Shown: positions 48,245-57,664 of the stretch, piece by piece
Layout of the letters: the number at the start of each line of letters is the position of its first letter
How positions within the stretch are numbered: the first letter of the stretch is position 1
NCBI GenBank assembly: GCA_963717145.1
Contig: OY970325.1
Coordinates: 3,456,001 to 3,520,000 of the forward strand
Length of the DNA: 64,000 nt
Direction: 5' to 3'
DNA from: an uncultured Armatimonadetes bacterium
GTDB lineage: Bacteria; Armatimonadota; UBA5829; DTJY01
The notes under the pieces: generated by a model
The model's database searches: none
Told to the model about the DNA's origin: nothing
Seen by the model: the letters and a program-made list of their open reading frames with translations, nothing else
Program-made: the position numbers and the translations under genes

Positions 48245-50026
48245 TCATCTCCTGTCTTCCTGCTCTCTCCAAATCGGAGCGAGCACGTCCCAATCCGCAT
48301 CGGTGATCGGCTCCATCGTGCCGTCTACCGCCGTCAGGAAGTAGAGGCTCGGGACGCCGATGAGCGGCTGCATCTTCGTGTACCGAAGCCATTCGGTATG
48401 GCTCGGCGCGCTGGAGTTATCGCAGTCGATCAGCGCATGGGGACAGGCGATGTTGGCGATCCGCGCGCGGTGGATCATCATGTCCACCACCTCTCGGTCA
48501 CCGGCGTAGATGTCGTTCAGGCGGAGCATGTCCGTGCACTCGGCAAAGTACGGGTTCGCGGTGTGCGTCACCATCAGTGCGTCGGGCTTGGCGGCCTTGA
48601 GGGCGTTGTAGACCTGTTTCGCGAGCGACTTCTGCATCTCAATGCCCCAGATGCCGCTGCGTGTCCGAAATCCCTCGCCCACCGGAATGCCGGTCCAGTC
48701 GAACTTGATGCCGTCGGCATGGTAGCATCCCGGCTCGTCGGAGATCATTCGGTGGATCATGGACCGGATGCGTTCCTGGTACACCGGGCTCGACGGATCG
48801 GCACAGACAGTCCGGCCTTCACGGTCCTTGACGGTTTCCTCGGTGGAGAGTCCCTCGGGGTTCCACGCGCCGAACCAGAGCAGCACGTGGAGGCCTTCTT
48901 CGTGCCGCGCATCGATCCAGCCGCGCAGGTCCGGCCACTTGGCGGTCTCTACTTCGCATGTCCCATACTCATTCTGCCACTTATCGTCGATGACGATAAT
49001 GCCGGGTTTGAGCATTTTCGCTCGTATGATTGCCAGAAAACCGTCGTACATCTCCTGAGTAGCCAAGTCCTGGGTCGTCACTGGAGGGCGAAGCTCCGTC
49101 TGAGCCAAGCGTCGGGGCGGCTCAGACGGAGCTTCGCCCTCCAGGGTGCGAGGTGGGAATTCCAGTTTCACGCGCTGGATGCCCTGCTCGCCCCAGCCGC
49201 AGAAGATCGGCTTCGACCACCAATGGGCCTGAGGTGGGCGGTTCGGCATCACCAGGCCACGATCCCTCAACCCATCGCAGTGCTGCCGGATCGCCTCGTA
49301 CTCGTCGCTCGCCGGATGGAAGACGAACTCGGGCGACTTCCATTCGCCGTCGACCTCGGTCATGCCGTCATAGGTGAGCCTGAAATGGAAGGAGTTCGGC
49401 GCAGTGATGTACTCGAAGCGGGAGAAGCCGTATTGCCCGGGTTCCGGCGCGACTCCCGCTCCGAGCCATGGCCCGCTGTTGAACCCGAGGCTGTAGCAGA
49501 GTGGCGGAGGCGTGAAGATCCAGTGCATCAGGGCATGCTTGTCGGTCGGCTCGTCGGACATCCGGCCGCTGCTGGCGTCGATGCAGCCGTACTGCATCGA
49601 CTTGTAGTACCGCTGATCGAGGAGCGAGCACTCCGGTGTGAAGTACCGCGAGAAGTCGAAGAACGACCACTTCTGCTGATCGTCCGTGCCGCCGTTGAAG
49701 TACCGCAGGCTGCGGAGCGTCTGCCGGCCATTCACCCAGACCTGGTATCGAATCGAATGCGGATCCAGGCGCAGGGTGTAGACCTTCTCATCCCAGAGCG
49801 CGCTCGTCGCATGCCAGGTGATGTCCGCGCCGTCGGTTCCTCGAACGATCTGCGGACTCGAGAGCGATTCATCGAGGTCCGACGCCTCGGTGCTGTCGAG
49901 CGACGAACCGACCTTCAGGACCGCATAGCGCCTGCCGTCGAGAGATATGGAGATCTTGTCGTCCGTGACCTGAGCGGAATAGCGGTCGAAATCGATGAGC
50001 ATGGGCGATCCTCGTTGCGGGAGCAT
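48245..50026 (-). CDS. Putative glycoside hydrolase (GH27/31/36-like) with in-frame palindromic insertion
   Basis: CGWGEQ, IVIDDKWQ, DGIKFDW, MLRLND; start may be 50002. Confidence 0.75.
   Translation of the reverse strand: MLPQRGSPMLIDFDRYSAQVTDDKISISLDGRRYAVLKVGSSLDSTEASDLDESLSSPQIVRGTDGADITWHATSALWDEKVYTLRLDPHSIRYQVWVNGRQTLRSLRYFNGGTDDQQKWSFFDFSRYFTPECSLLDQRYYKSMQYGCIDASSGRMSDEPTDKHALMHWIFTPPPLCYSLGFNSGPWLGAGVAPEPGQYGFSRFEYITAPNSFHFRLTYDGMTEVDGEWKSPEFVFHPASDEYEAIRQHCDGLRDRGLVMPNRPPQAHWWSKPIFCGWGEQGIQRVKLEFPPRTLEGEAPSEPPRRLAQTELRPPVTTQDLATQEMYDGFLAIIRAKMLKPGIIVIDDKWQNEYGTCEVETAKWPDLRGWIDARHEEGLHVLLWFGAWNPEGLSTEETVKDREGRTVCADPSSPVYQERIRSMIHRMISDEPGCYHADGIKFDWTGIPVGEGFRTRSGIWGIEMQKSLAKQVYNALKAAKPDALMVTHTANPYFAECTDMLRLNDIYAGDREVVDMMIHRARIANIACPHALIDCDNSSAPSHTEWLRYTKMQPLIGVPSLYFLTAVDGTMEPITDADWDVLAPIWREQEDRR
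49081..49144. repeat. Palindrome inside the GH CDS, same arms as intergenic 2511-2617
   Basis: 26-bp perfect arms CTGGAGGGCGAAGCTCCGTCTGAGCC. Confidence 0.95.
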
Positions 50027-50121
50027 TCGGTATCGGCGACCGCAATCCCTTCAACAGGGAGAGTTAGAGGCTGTCATTCTGAGCGTGTTACCGCACTGCA
50101 TGCAGTCGTTTCCGTGAGAAA

Positions 50122-50374
50122 CCACCGTCAGTCCTAGATCCTGAACCAAGTTCAGGATGACCATGCGCTGTCATCCTGAACTTGGTTCAGGATCTAGGAC
50201 TGACGGTGGGGGGACTTTCTTAGGAGCATGTCAGTGCGCAGTACGCGCAGTTGTTTCCGCCAGAAAGTCCCGGAAGACCCCTCCCCAGCCCTCCCCGCAA
50301 CGGAGAGGGAGTTGCACGCGTTGGCAGAGGTACTCCCTCTCCGTTGCGGGGAGGGCTGGGGAGGGGTCTTCCGG
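50122..50374. repeat. Two REPIN-like palindromes (40-bp and 43-bp perfect arms)
   Basis: 50122-50209 (GTCATCCTGAACTTGGTTCAGGATCT family) and 50270-50374 (CCCTCCCCAGCCCTCCCC..GGAGAGGGAG family). Confidence 0.92.
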
Positions 50375-50447
50375 CTGCACAACTCGAAAAAACAGTTTAT
50401 ACTGTGACTATGCCCGCGTCTAACTGAATGGAAGCGGAGGGGAACGA

Positions 50448-51002
50448 TTGTCCGAATCGTCCGAGAACCTGGTCGGGTTGGCGACAAGAGGCGACGTCAG
50501 ATCATTCGACGCGCTGGTCTCGCTGCACCAGGACCGGGTACATGCCCTCGCTTATCGGATGCTGGGAGACGCTGAGGACGCGGCCGATGTCCAGCAGGAG
50601 ACCTTTCTCAGGGCGTGGCGGAACCTGCGCAAGTTCCGCGGAGACTCGCAGTTCGGGACGTGGCTGCATCGGATCACGGTGAACCTCTGCCTCTCCCGCA
50701 AGCGGCGGAAGGGCATCGTTTCCGAGCCGCTGGACGATCATGCTTCCGTGAAATCGAGCGAGCCGGGCCCGGTAGCCTCCCTGGAGCGGGCCGAAACGAT
50801 CGCGACCGTGCGCCGGGTGCTCGATGCGATGCCGGCCCACCACCGGGTGCTGATCGTTCTGCGAGACATGGAAGGGCGGTCCTATGAGGAGATCGCCTGC
50901 GTCCTGGGGTGCAGTATCGAGAGCGTGAGGACCCGCCTGCACAAGGCCAGGAAGCTCCTTCGCGAGAAGATGCGCCCGTATATCGAGGAGGAAAACACAT
51001 GA
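50448..51002 (+). CDS. ECF RNA polymerase sigma factor
   Basis: DAADVQQETFLRAW, FGTWLHRI, SYEEIA..SVRTRLHKAR. Confidence 0.93.
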   Translation: MSESSENLVGLATRGDVRSFDALVSLHQDRVHALAYRMLGDAEDAADVQQETFLRAWRNLRKFRGDSQFGTWLHRITVNLCLSRKRRKGIVSEPLDDHASVKSSEPGPVASLERAETIATVRRVLDAMPAHHRVLIVLRDMEGRSYEEIACVLGCSIESVRTRLHKARKLLREKMRPYIEEENT

Positions 51003-51757
51003 AGTATCAGTGCGACCGAATAGCCGATGAGATATGGGACCACGCAGGGGAGGCCCTCCCCGCCAACATCGCCGAGCATATCGCGGGGTGTCCCGACTGC
51101 CGGCGAGTGGCGGATGACGCGAAGAAGCTCCTCCCGATGGTGCAGGAGGCATCCTGCGTGCCGGACGCGCCCGACTGCCGGTCAGCGGTGATGGAACGCA
51201 TCTCCCCGCGACCGGCGACCAAGCCGATCTGGGCGTATGCACTCGCCTCGATCGTCCTGGTGGCCGTGATCGTTACCGGACTGCTCTCGATGCGATCCGG
51301 CCCGAGGCAGACTGTCCCACAGATGGCGGATCAACCGAGGCAGGAGATCGTGAAGCCTCAGACTCCGATAGTCGAGAAGCCTGAGGTGTCTGCGCCGGTG
51401 GTTGAGACGCAGAAGACGGTGGTTCGGCAGCCGGACGATCGACGACCGAAGCACATGCGCACGGTGCCCAAGCGTACTCCGCCGCAGATCGTGAAGCAGT
51501 CTCCCAAGCAGAAGCCTGCGCCGGAGCAGACGCCGGCCCCGTCGCTGGAAATCGTCTCCTACGAGGACGCGCCGGTCGCCGCAGTCGCCGTCACCTGGCC
51601 GAGCACCGATCCTCAGTCCGATGGATGGTACGGCTACACAAACACCGACACCGCAACCGGCGAGATCACTACCTGTCGTGTCGAGCGAAGCGGCAATTCC
51701 GTGAGCATATATCTGGAATCGAAAGTGCCCGGTGACAACCCGGGCAAGGGGGCTTAG
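50999..51757 (+). CDS. Putative zinc-binding anti-sigma factor
   Basis: HIAGCPDC (HxxxCxxC), single TM, ATGA overlap with the sigma gene. Confidence 0.8.
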   Translation: MKYQCDRIADEIWDHAGEALPANIAEHIAGCPDCRRVADDAKKLLPMVQEASCVPDAPDCRSAVMERISPRPATKPIWAYALASIVLVAVIVTGLLSMRSGPRQTVPQMADQPRQEIVKPQTPIVEKPEVSAPVVETQKTVVRQPDDRRPKHMRTVPKRTPPQIVKQSPKQKPAPEQTPAPSLEIVSYEDAPVAAVAVTWPSTDPQSDGWYGYTNTDTATGEITTCRVERSGNSVSIYLESKVPGDNPGKGA

Positions 51758-53386
51758 ATGATGAAACAAGTTTGCGTCCTGTTACTGCTCTGTTCCGTCC
51801 TGCTGGTGTCTTCACAGCCGCTGACCGCATCAATGCCGTCGGTATGGGACAAGCAGGTCAGCTTCGAGTTCAAGGACACTCCCTTCAAAGAGGCGGTCGA
51901 CACGCTATTCAGGACGGCCGGCATGAACTATGCCTATGCTGGTGCGGTCAGCGATCGAAAGCTGACAATGGTCCTTAGGGAGGTCAGCCTGGGAAGTGCC
52001 TTCTGGCGCATTCTGAGTATCGGGGGCGCCACCGCTGATGTTGACAAGAACACGGTTCTTATAAGACCAGCCCGTCCTGCAGATTCCGTCGTGTCGGAAC
52101 TCCAGCACAAGCTGGTCGAGTCCAAAGTGCAGCTTGCCGTCGAGCTTCGGACTAGGAAAGAAGAGGATCCCGTTGTCCAGAACCTCAGAGCAGCGATCAA
52201 GGCTCTGGAAGAGCGGTTCGCCAAGGAGTACGATTTGGCGGTGTGGGCAGAGATCGTCAACGTCGACATGAAGAACATGCCGCTGGATTCCGCACTCGAG
52301 CAGTTGCTCAGGGGTACGGAGATCAACTATATGGTTGATCGGGATGTTGCGGCGCTCAAGGTAGCTGCAGTTCTGAAGAACGTGACTCGCGAGACCGCGT
52401 TTCGAGAGATTCTCAAGGCATCGGGCGTCGTCGCCACCGTGTCGCCGAATGGCATCTGGCGTATCTCCAGTGCAGGGGCGTGGTACCTGTGGGGTAAATC
52501 CACTGACCTGCAAGTCAAGTTGAGCGAGTTGAAGCGCCAGCTTCAGACCGGACCCGCCAAGTCCCCGGACGACAAAGATGTGCTAGCGCTGAAGGCAGCG
52601 ATTGCAGAACTGGAGACCAAGCTCGCCGAGGAGAACAAGCGCGCTGGAGAGACGATACGACTTGCGCCACGAACCGAGCCCGAGGCCGGAAAGAGCCAGG
52701 CATCCTTGACCCGGGTCTTCGCCATCAAGTATATCAACCCAGCCGAACTGCCGCCTCTCGTCTATGCTCTGGGCGCGCAGCAGGTGACAGTCGTGACCGG
52801 GGGCAAGCTCGTCGTCCGAGCCACGGAAGAGGTGATGAGTCAAGCCTCGGAGATCATCTCTGAACTCGACCGGGAGACCGCGCTCCCTAGGCCGGTGCGA
52901 GTGCAGATCATGGCCACCTATACTATCACGGACAAGGCGGGGAAGAAGGAGGTGCTCAAGGGCGCCACAGAGGGGACACTCCCGGAGGGACAACCGATCT
53001 CGCTCGAGATCGCCAGCCAGCCCAAGGACGCGAGCGTTATCCAGTATCCGCTGATACTGGACCTCTGGCTGACCCGCGAGATGGAGCAGGAGGATCGGAT
53101 AACTCTTCAGGGCAAATGGAACCTGCAGTCTCTGGTCAGAGTTGAACCATCTGGACAACTGAATTCCTTGACCCTGTCAACCGTTCCCGTTGCACTATCA
53201 GCCGTCACGGGCAAGCCGATCATTATAGGATCAGGCACATTTGGACGTCCGGGCGGGACGGTTGACTTTGAGGTGACCGCGATCATTACCTACGGTGAGG
53301 GCAGGCTCAGGTTGAGGACCGACGATAAGGGTCCGAATCCGGCCAACCAGCGCCCCCCGCTTGTCCATGGAGTCCCTGCAAAGTGA
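51758..53386 (+). CDS. Secreted protein with two STN-like and one secretin N-like domain
   Basis: VSFEFKDTPFKEAV / VNVDMKNMPLDSAL repeats; FAIKYINPAEL...IISELD. Confidence 0.65.
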   Translation: MMKQVCVLLLLCSVLLVSSQPLTASMPSVWDKQVSFEFKDTPFKEAVDTLFRTAGMNYAYAGAVSDRKLTMVLREVSLGSAFWRILSIGGATADVDKNTVLIRPARPADSVVSELQHKLVESKVQLAVELRTRKEEDPVVQNLRAAIKALEERFAKEYDLAVWAEIVNVDMKNMPLDSALEQLLRGTEINYMVDRDVAALKVAAVLKNVTRETAFREILKASGVVATVSPNGIWRISSAGAWYLWGKSTDLQVKLSELKRQLQTGPAKSPDDKDVLALKAAIAELETKLAEENKRAGETIRLAPRTEPEAGKSQASLTRVFAIKYINPAELPPLVYALGAQQVTVVTGGKLVVRATEEVMSQASEIISELDRETALPRPVRVQIMATYTITDKAGKKEVLKGATEGTLPEGQPISLEIASQPKDASVIQYPLILDLWLTREMEQEDRITLQGKWNLQSLVRVEPSGQLNSLTLSTVPVALSAVTGKPIIIGSGTFGRPGGTVDFEVTAIITYGEGRLRLRTDDKGPNPANQRPPLVHGVPAK

Positions 53387-53397
53387 TAGCCGAAGCC

Positions 53398-53541
53398 CAT
53401 AGGGGAGGTTCTCAACGGCCTCCCCATGCCACGTAGGGAACAGGCGCTGTCCCGTTCCGTGGGTGTAGGCTTACACCAGAGCGGAACGGCACAGCGGCCG
53501 TTCCCTACACGTTGCGGGCGGGCGTTGAAGCCCGCCCCTAC
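53398..53541. repeat. Cluster of three GTAG-type REPs
   Basis: TAGGGGAGGTTCTCAACGGCCTCCCC; GTAGGGAAC...GTTCCCTAC; GGGCGGGCGTTGAAGCCCGCCCCTAC. Confidence 0.85.
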
Positions 53542-56500
53542 GGGCTTCCGGCGAGGACGATTTCGTCGAACCAGACGATTCCGTTCGCGCCGGGGGTGAC
53601 GACGCAGGAGACGACCGCATGGGTGGCGTCGGATGGCGCTGTGACCGGTTGACCACGCCAAGGTTCGGCGCGCTTCCAGTCGCTCTTGCCGACCGAACGA
53701 GTCTCATTGTGGCCGATCGTGTTGCCGGACGAATCGTACCATGTCACTCGGATGAGCGCTCGGGCGTCGGTACTCGTCGAGCGGATGAAGCCCGCCAACT
53801 CGTGCTCTCCGGCCTTCACCGGGAGCTTGATGCTGTTCCACGACCGCTCGGATGGGCCGGGATAGATCCGCAGTGCGCGCTGGCCCGTGTAGGAGTCGCG
53901 CATCCCGCAGTTGATATCCACGAGCCCCTCGATCTTGTAGTTCCCCCACCCCGGCTTGGTCCACGTCAGCTTGTCCGACTCCTCCGATCTCGACCAGTAG
54001 TCCGGCTTATCGTCCTTGTTCTCGTCGAACTCGACGCCGTTGTCTGCTATGAGATTAGGGGACGGATAGGACGGATGAGACGGATGGGACGCCCTCACCC
54101 CCGACCCCTCTCCCTCGGAAGGGCGAGGGGAGAGCAGGATGCAGTCGATCATCTTGGCGTAGGGGCGGTCGTCGGCCATGGTGACGAGCATGTTCTTACC
54201 ACGCGGCTCACTGACCCTGATCGTGAGAGTGTGCTCGCCGGCGGAGAGCCTCACGTTGGCGTAGTGATACCATGCGAACACCTGGCGGGTGTCTTCCAGC
54301 GCGTTGTAGAGCGTGACGACCTCGATATCCCTCGGCACGAGCGTGTTCGGCGCATGATGCCACTCGCCGCCATCGATCTTCCAGGATGATGGCGATGAGT
54401 AGCCGAGCAGGTTTTCCCTGATCCACATCGCATAGTCGCCCGGCTTGTCGGCGCGGAACTTGTACTGCGCGTACCACCCCGTGTCCGCCGGAGGAGTGAC
54501 CGCCGTCTCGAGCGCGAGGCATGCCGCCCCGGACATATTCGGCATCGCGCCCATCCGGCTGTAGTTCCAGTTGTGGGCCACCGGGCTCTCGCCTTCGATG
54601 GTGATGGAACCGCCAAGACGCAAAGGACGCAAAGAAAGACCATCGATTGCTTCCCTTTGCGATCTTTGCGTCTTAGCGGTTCGATCAGGGGCGATGCGGT
54701 CTGTACTCTTTATGATGACCGCATCCCTGGCCGCCAGCGAGTCGATCATGATCCCCTCCGGTGCCCAGGGGAGATTTGCCCTGATAAACTTCATATCCAC
54801 TGGCTGCAGGCTGACGTGCAGCTTCCCGTCCTTCACCTCGCCCGCGGGACTCCCATCCGCATACCGAGCATCCACCTGCTCCCCCGGCTTCACGGGGATC
54901 GTGAACTCCCCTCGCCCTCCGGGAGAGGGGCTGGGGGTGAGGGTCTCCGGGGTCTCCAGGACTGTCACGTATTCCCCGCCGTCGCGATATGAGAACCCTC
55001 CGTCGAGGAGCTTCACGCCCAGGAGGTCGAACATCCCGTAGTACGGGTCGATCGCCTCCTCCTTGCCGACAATGAGGTCCTGCGGCTGGTACCCGTGTCG
55101 CGGGAAGACCTCCTTGCTGTTGATCTGCACGTTCCCGTCTATCAGGTTCCACACCTCGCCCTTCTCGTTGCGACCAAGGACCCGGATGCCCTCACCGCCT
55201 CGGAGTGCGGTGAGCACCTGGAACTTGCGGCCGTCCTTGTCGGTCGAGAACTGGTCGGTGTAGTACCGGTCGACCGCGGGGATCGCGCCGAGGTCGAGCC
55301 GGAAGCCTATCATCGTCACGCGCTTGCCGTCCGAGATCGCCTGGGTCAGCTCATCCGCAAACCGCTCGCTCGCGGGCTGCTTCTCGAGGTTGACGATGTG
55401 CATCGCCACGTCGGCCTTCATGCTGACCTCGGGCACGATCCAGATATTGTTCTGCGAGCGGCCGATCGGTTCGCGCCACCACCAGCCGCCGTAGTTCGAA
55501 AAATCGGAGTTCGGCTCGGAGTAGATCTCCATGCTGTGCTGGTTGAAGTGCGCCGGGAGCCGGAGGTAGATCGGCGGCTTGTAGGCGACGAGCTTGTCCG
55601 CGTTGGCGAGGATCCGGCCGTAGGTCGCGAGCCACTCCAACTGCCGGGGATCGCGCGAGACGGCGTCCGTCCACGGCTGATCGACGCCCTTTCCGCCGAT
55701 CATGTAATACTGGAAGACGCCCTTCGCGCCGCCGGAGAGGAGCCCGTTGAAGTTGGCGTACATCGTGCCCATGCGGCTCGTGTAGCCGATCCCCTTGTTG
55801 CGCGATGGAGACGCATCCTGGTGGTTGCCCTCGCCGGTCTCCGTCACTACAAGCCAAGAGGTCTTCGTCGCCTGTTCGAGTTCGCCGTGTGTGTGTACGC
55901 CCATGAAGAGAAGCATCGGCTCGCCGGTCCCGTACGATTCCATCCCGAGGCCGTCGTGACCGCCGGTGGAGCCGGTATCGTTGATATGCCACCAGTCGAT
56001 ATCCGAGAAGCACTTGTAGATCACCGGCACGTCGGCGATCTGGCCGAAGTCGTCCGCGATCCGGTTGCAGAACTCGAGTATCGCGCGCCCATGATACTCA
56101 CGGATGTCGTAGTTGAACTGGCTCGTCGTCGCATCGAGGGCATAGAGCTTATCAATCTTCGGGGAGTAGACCCACTGGATCAGCTTCTTCGTAACCCGGT
56201 CGTCGGTCCGCTCCATCGAAACCGCACTCGCGGCTGACGTGAAATCGGGGAACGAACCCTCCCTCGGCTTCCAGGCGGCGTTCAGCTTCTCGATCGTGCC
56301 GTACCGCTGACGGAGCCACTTCTCGAAGGCAGCGCGGTAGTCGTCGGTGCTCGGGATAAGGCCATGCCGCGTGTTCATCTCGTTCCACAGCGGATCGACC
56401 ACAAACCGGAATCCGGGCCCCAGCTTCACCTTGCCGTAGTGGGCGAGAACCTTGTCGCGGTACTTTTCGTAGACGCCGCCCCAGTAGTACATCACGAAGC

Positions 56501-57467
56501 CGTCGTCGATCTTGTCGGGCAGGAAGATGACCTTGTACTTGCCCGGCGAAGGCACCTTCACGTCGGCTTCCATCACCTTGTTGTCGCTCACGGTGACGGA
56601 ACCGTGCTGGACCATCGCGCCGGTCGCCTGATCCTCGACCATGAAGTACCCGCCGCGGACGTCCTTCTCCTCCGCGCGGACCGGGCCGCTCTCCGTCACC
56701 TCGACGCGTGGACCTCCGGCGACGTAGGGGTAGCTGTAACCCTTCGACTCCAGCGCCTGGAACTCGACCCCGTAGCGGAAACCGTGCTCGTCGAGGTAGT
56801 CGATGGTCTTCTGGAAGTAGGCGTAGTCATCGTCGGAGTAATCCTTCCAGAGGTACGGCTGATTGACTCCGAGGTGGAGGTAGATGTCCTTGACCCCGTA
56901 CTTCTCGAGCAGTTCGAGTTGCGCCTGGACGAGGTTCCAGTCACGATCGTAGATGAACATGCCGCCCGCCGGGATCCAGGGGACGCCGTCCCAGATCAAG
57001 GCGTGCGCGTCGTTGATGTGCCAGCGGTGGGGGACGCCGTACTTGTCGGTGAACTGCCCGCGGGTGATGAGCTTTCGCAAGACCTTCGACGGTGTGCCGG
57101 TGATCGTGATCGTGCCGGTCCAGGTCGCCTTCTCGCCGTAGACGCCCGCCTCGACCGAGTACTCGCCTGAGGGGATGTCCTTCGGGATGGCGATTGAGCC
57201 ATCAGGACTCGACGCATCAGTCACATAGGTCACATATGTCCCATAGGTCCCATCAAGGTACAGAAATGCCCTCGCGTCCTTCGGGATCGGCTCCTTCGAT
57301 CTGATATCGAAGTCGGCCCTGATGTCTGAGCCAAGCGCCGTATGGGAAGGCATCTTCATGGTAACTGATTGCACCAGCATCGGCCTCTGCGGATACTCCG
57401 GCGTCTGATAAGCAAAGGCGGAGACGGCGAGCAGTGCTATGACAGCGGCGAGCATGCATGTTCTCAT
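53538..57467 (-). CDS. Large secreted glycoside hydrolase-like protein with C-terminal CBM-like domains and three in-frame repeat insertions
   Basis: Signal peptide MRTCMLAAVIALLAVSAFA; FEKWLRQRYGTIEKLNAAW is GH42-like; VWFDEIVL is CBM-like. Confidence 0.7.
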   Translation of the reverse strand: MRTCMLAAVIALLAVSAFAYQTPEYPQRPMLVQSVTMKMPSHTALGSDIRADFDIRSKEPIPKDARAFLYLDGTYGTYVTYVTDASSPDGSIAIPKDIPSGEYSVEAGVYGEKATWTGTITITGTPSKVLRKLITRGQFTDKYGVPHRWHINDAHALIWDGVPWIPAGGMFIYDRDWNLVQAQLELLEKYGVKDIYLHLGVNQPYLWKDYSDDDYAYFQKTIDYLDEHGFRYGVEFQALESKGYSYPYVAGGPRVEVTESGPVRAEEKDVRGGYFMVEDQATGAMVQHGSVTVSDNKVMEADVKVPSPGKYKVIFLPDKIDDGFVMYYWGGVYEKYRDKVLAHYGKVKLGPGFRFVVDPLWNEMNTRHGLIPSTDDYRAAFEKWLRQRYGTIEKLNAAWKPREGSFPDFTSAASAVSMERTDDRVTKKLIQWVYSPKIDKLYALDATTSQFNYDIREYHGRAILEFCNRIADDFGQIADVPVIYKCFSDIDWWHINDTGSTGGHDGLGMESYGTGEPMLLFMGVHTHGELEQATKTSWLVVTETGEGNHQDASPSRNKGIGYTSRMGTMYANFNGLLSGGAKGVFQYYMIGGKGVDQPWTDAVSRDPRQLEWLATYGRILANADKLVAYKPPIYLRLPAHFNQHSMEIYSEPNSDFSNYGGWWWREPIGRSQNNIWIVPEVSMKADVAMHIVNLEKQPASERFADELTQAISDGKRVTMIGFRLDLGAIPAVDRYYTDQFSTDKDGRKFQVLTALRGGEGIRVLGRNEKGEVWNLIDGNVQINSKEVFPRHGYQPQDLIVGKEEAIDPYYGMFDLLGVKLLDGGFSYRDGGEYVTVLETPETLTPSPSPGGRGEFTIPVKPGEQVDARYADGSPAGEVKDGKLHVSLQPVDMKFIRANLPWAPEGIMIDSLAARDAVIIKSTDRIAPDRTAKTQRSQREAIDGLSLRPLRLGGSITIEGESPVAHNWNYSRMGAMPNMSGAACLALETAVTPPADTGWYAQYKFRADKPGDYAMWIRENLLGYSSPSSWKIDGGEWHHAPNTLVPRDIEVVTLYNALEDTRQVFAWYHYANVRLSAGEHTLTIRVSEPRGKNMLVTMADDRPYAKMIDCILLSPRPSEGEGSGVRASHPSHPSYPSPNLIADNGVEFDENKDDKPDYWSRSEESDKLTWTKPGWGNYKIEGLVDINCGMRDSYTGQRALRIYPGPSERSWNSIKLPVKAGEHELAGFIRSTSTDARALIRVTWYDSSGNTIGHNETRSVGKSDWKRAEPWRGQPVTAPSDATHAVVSCVVTPGANGIVWFDEIVLAGSP

Positions 57468-57664
57468 ACTGGCTTTCTTCTGCGGATAAGTTGCGCCTTC
57501 CTCTACAGGCCAGGACAAAAACAGATCGCAGGTTCTTACCCACCTTGTTCGAAACCCCACCATATTGGGTAGACTTACTACGATAGCAACACTATGCTGG
57601 CACTAACAAGTCAGTCGATATTGCTGCAGTCGGACCATCAGTTGCCCCAACTTGGGGAGAGGGA

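Noticed and set aside
48173-50137. 654-aa plus-strand ORF (also 38730-40286, 26508-28040, 42986-44347, 62664-63914)
   Set aside because: Antisense shadows of well-supported genes in high-GC DNA, with no recognisable motifs.
55191-55213. Small hairpin CTCACCGC..GCGGTGAG as a fourth in-gene insertion
   Set aside because: Only an 8-bp stem with no matching intergenic family in the window; could be chance.
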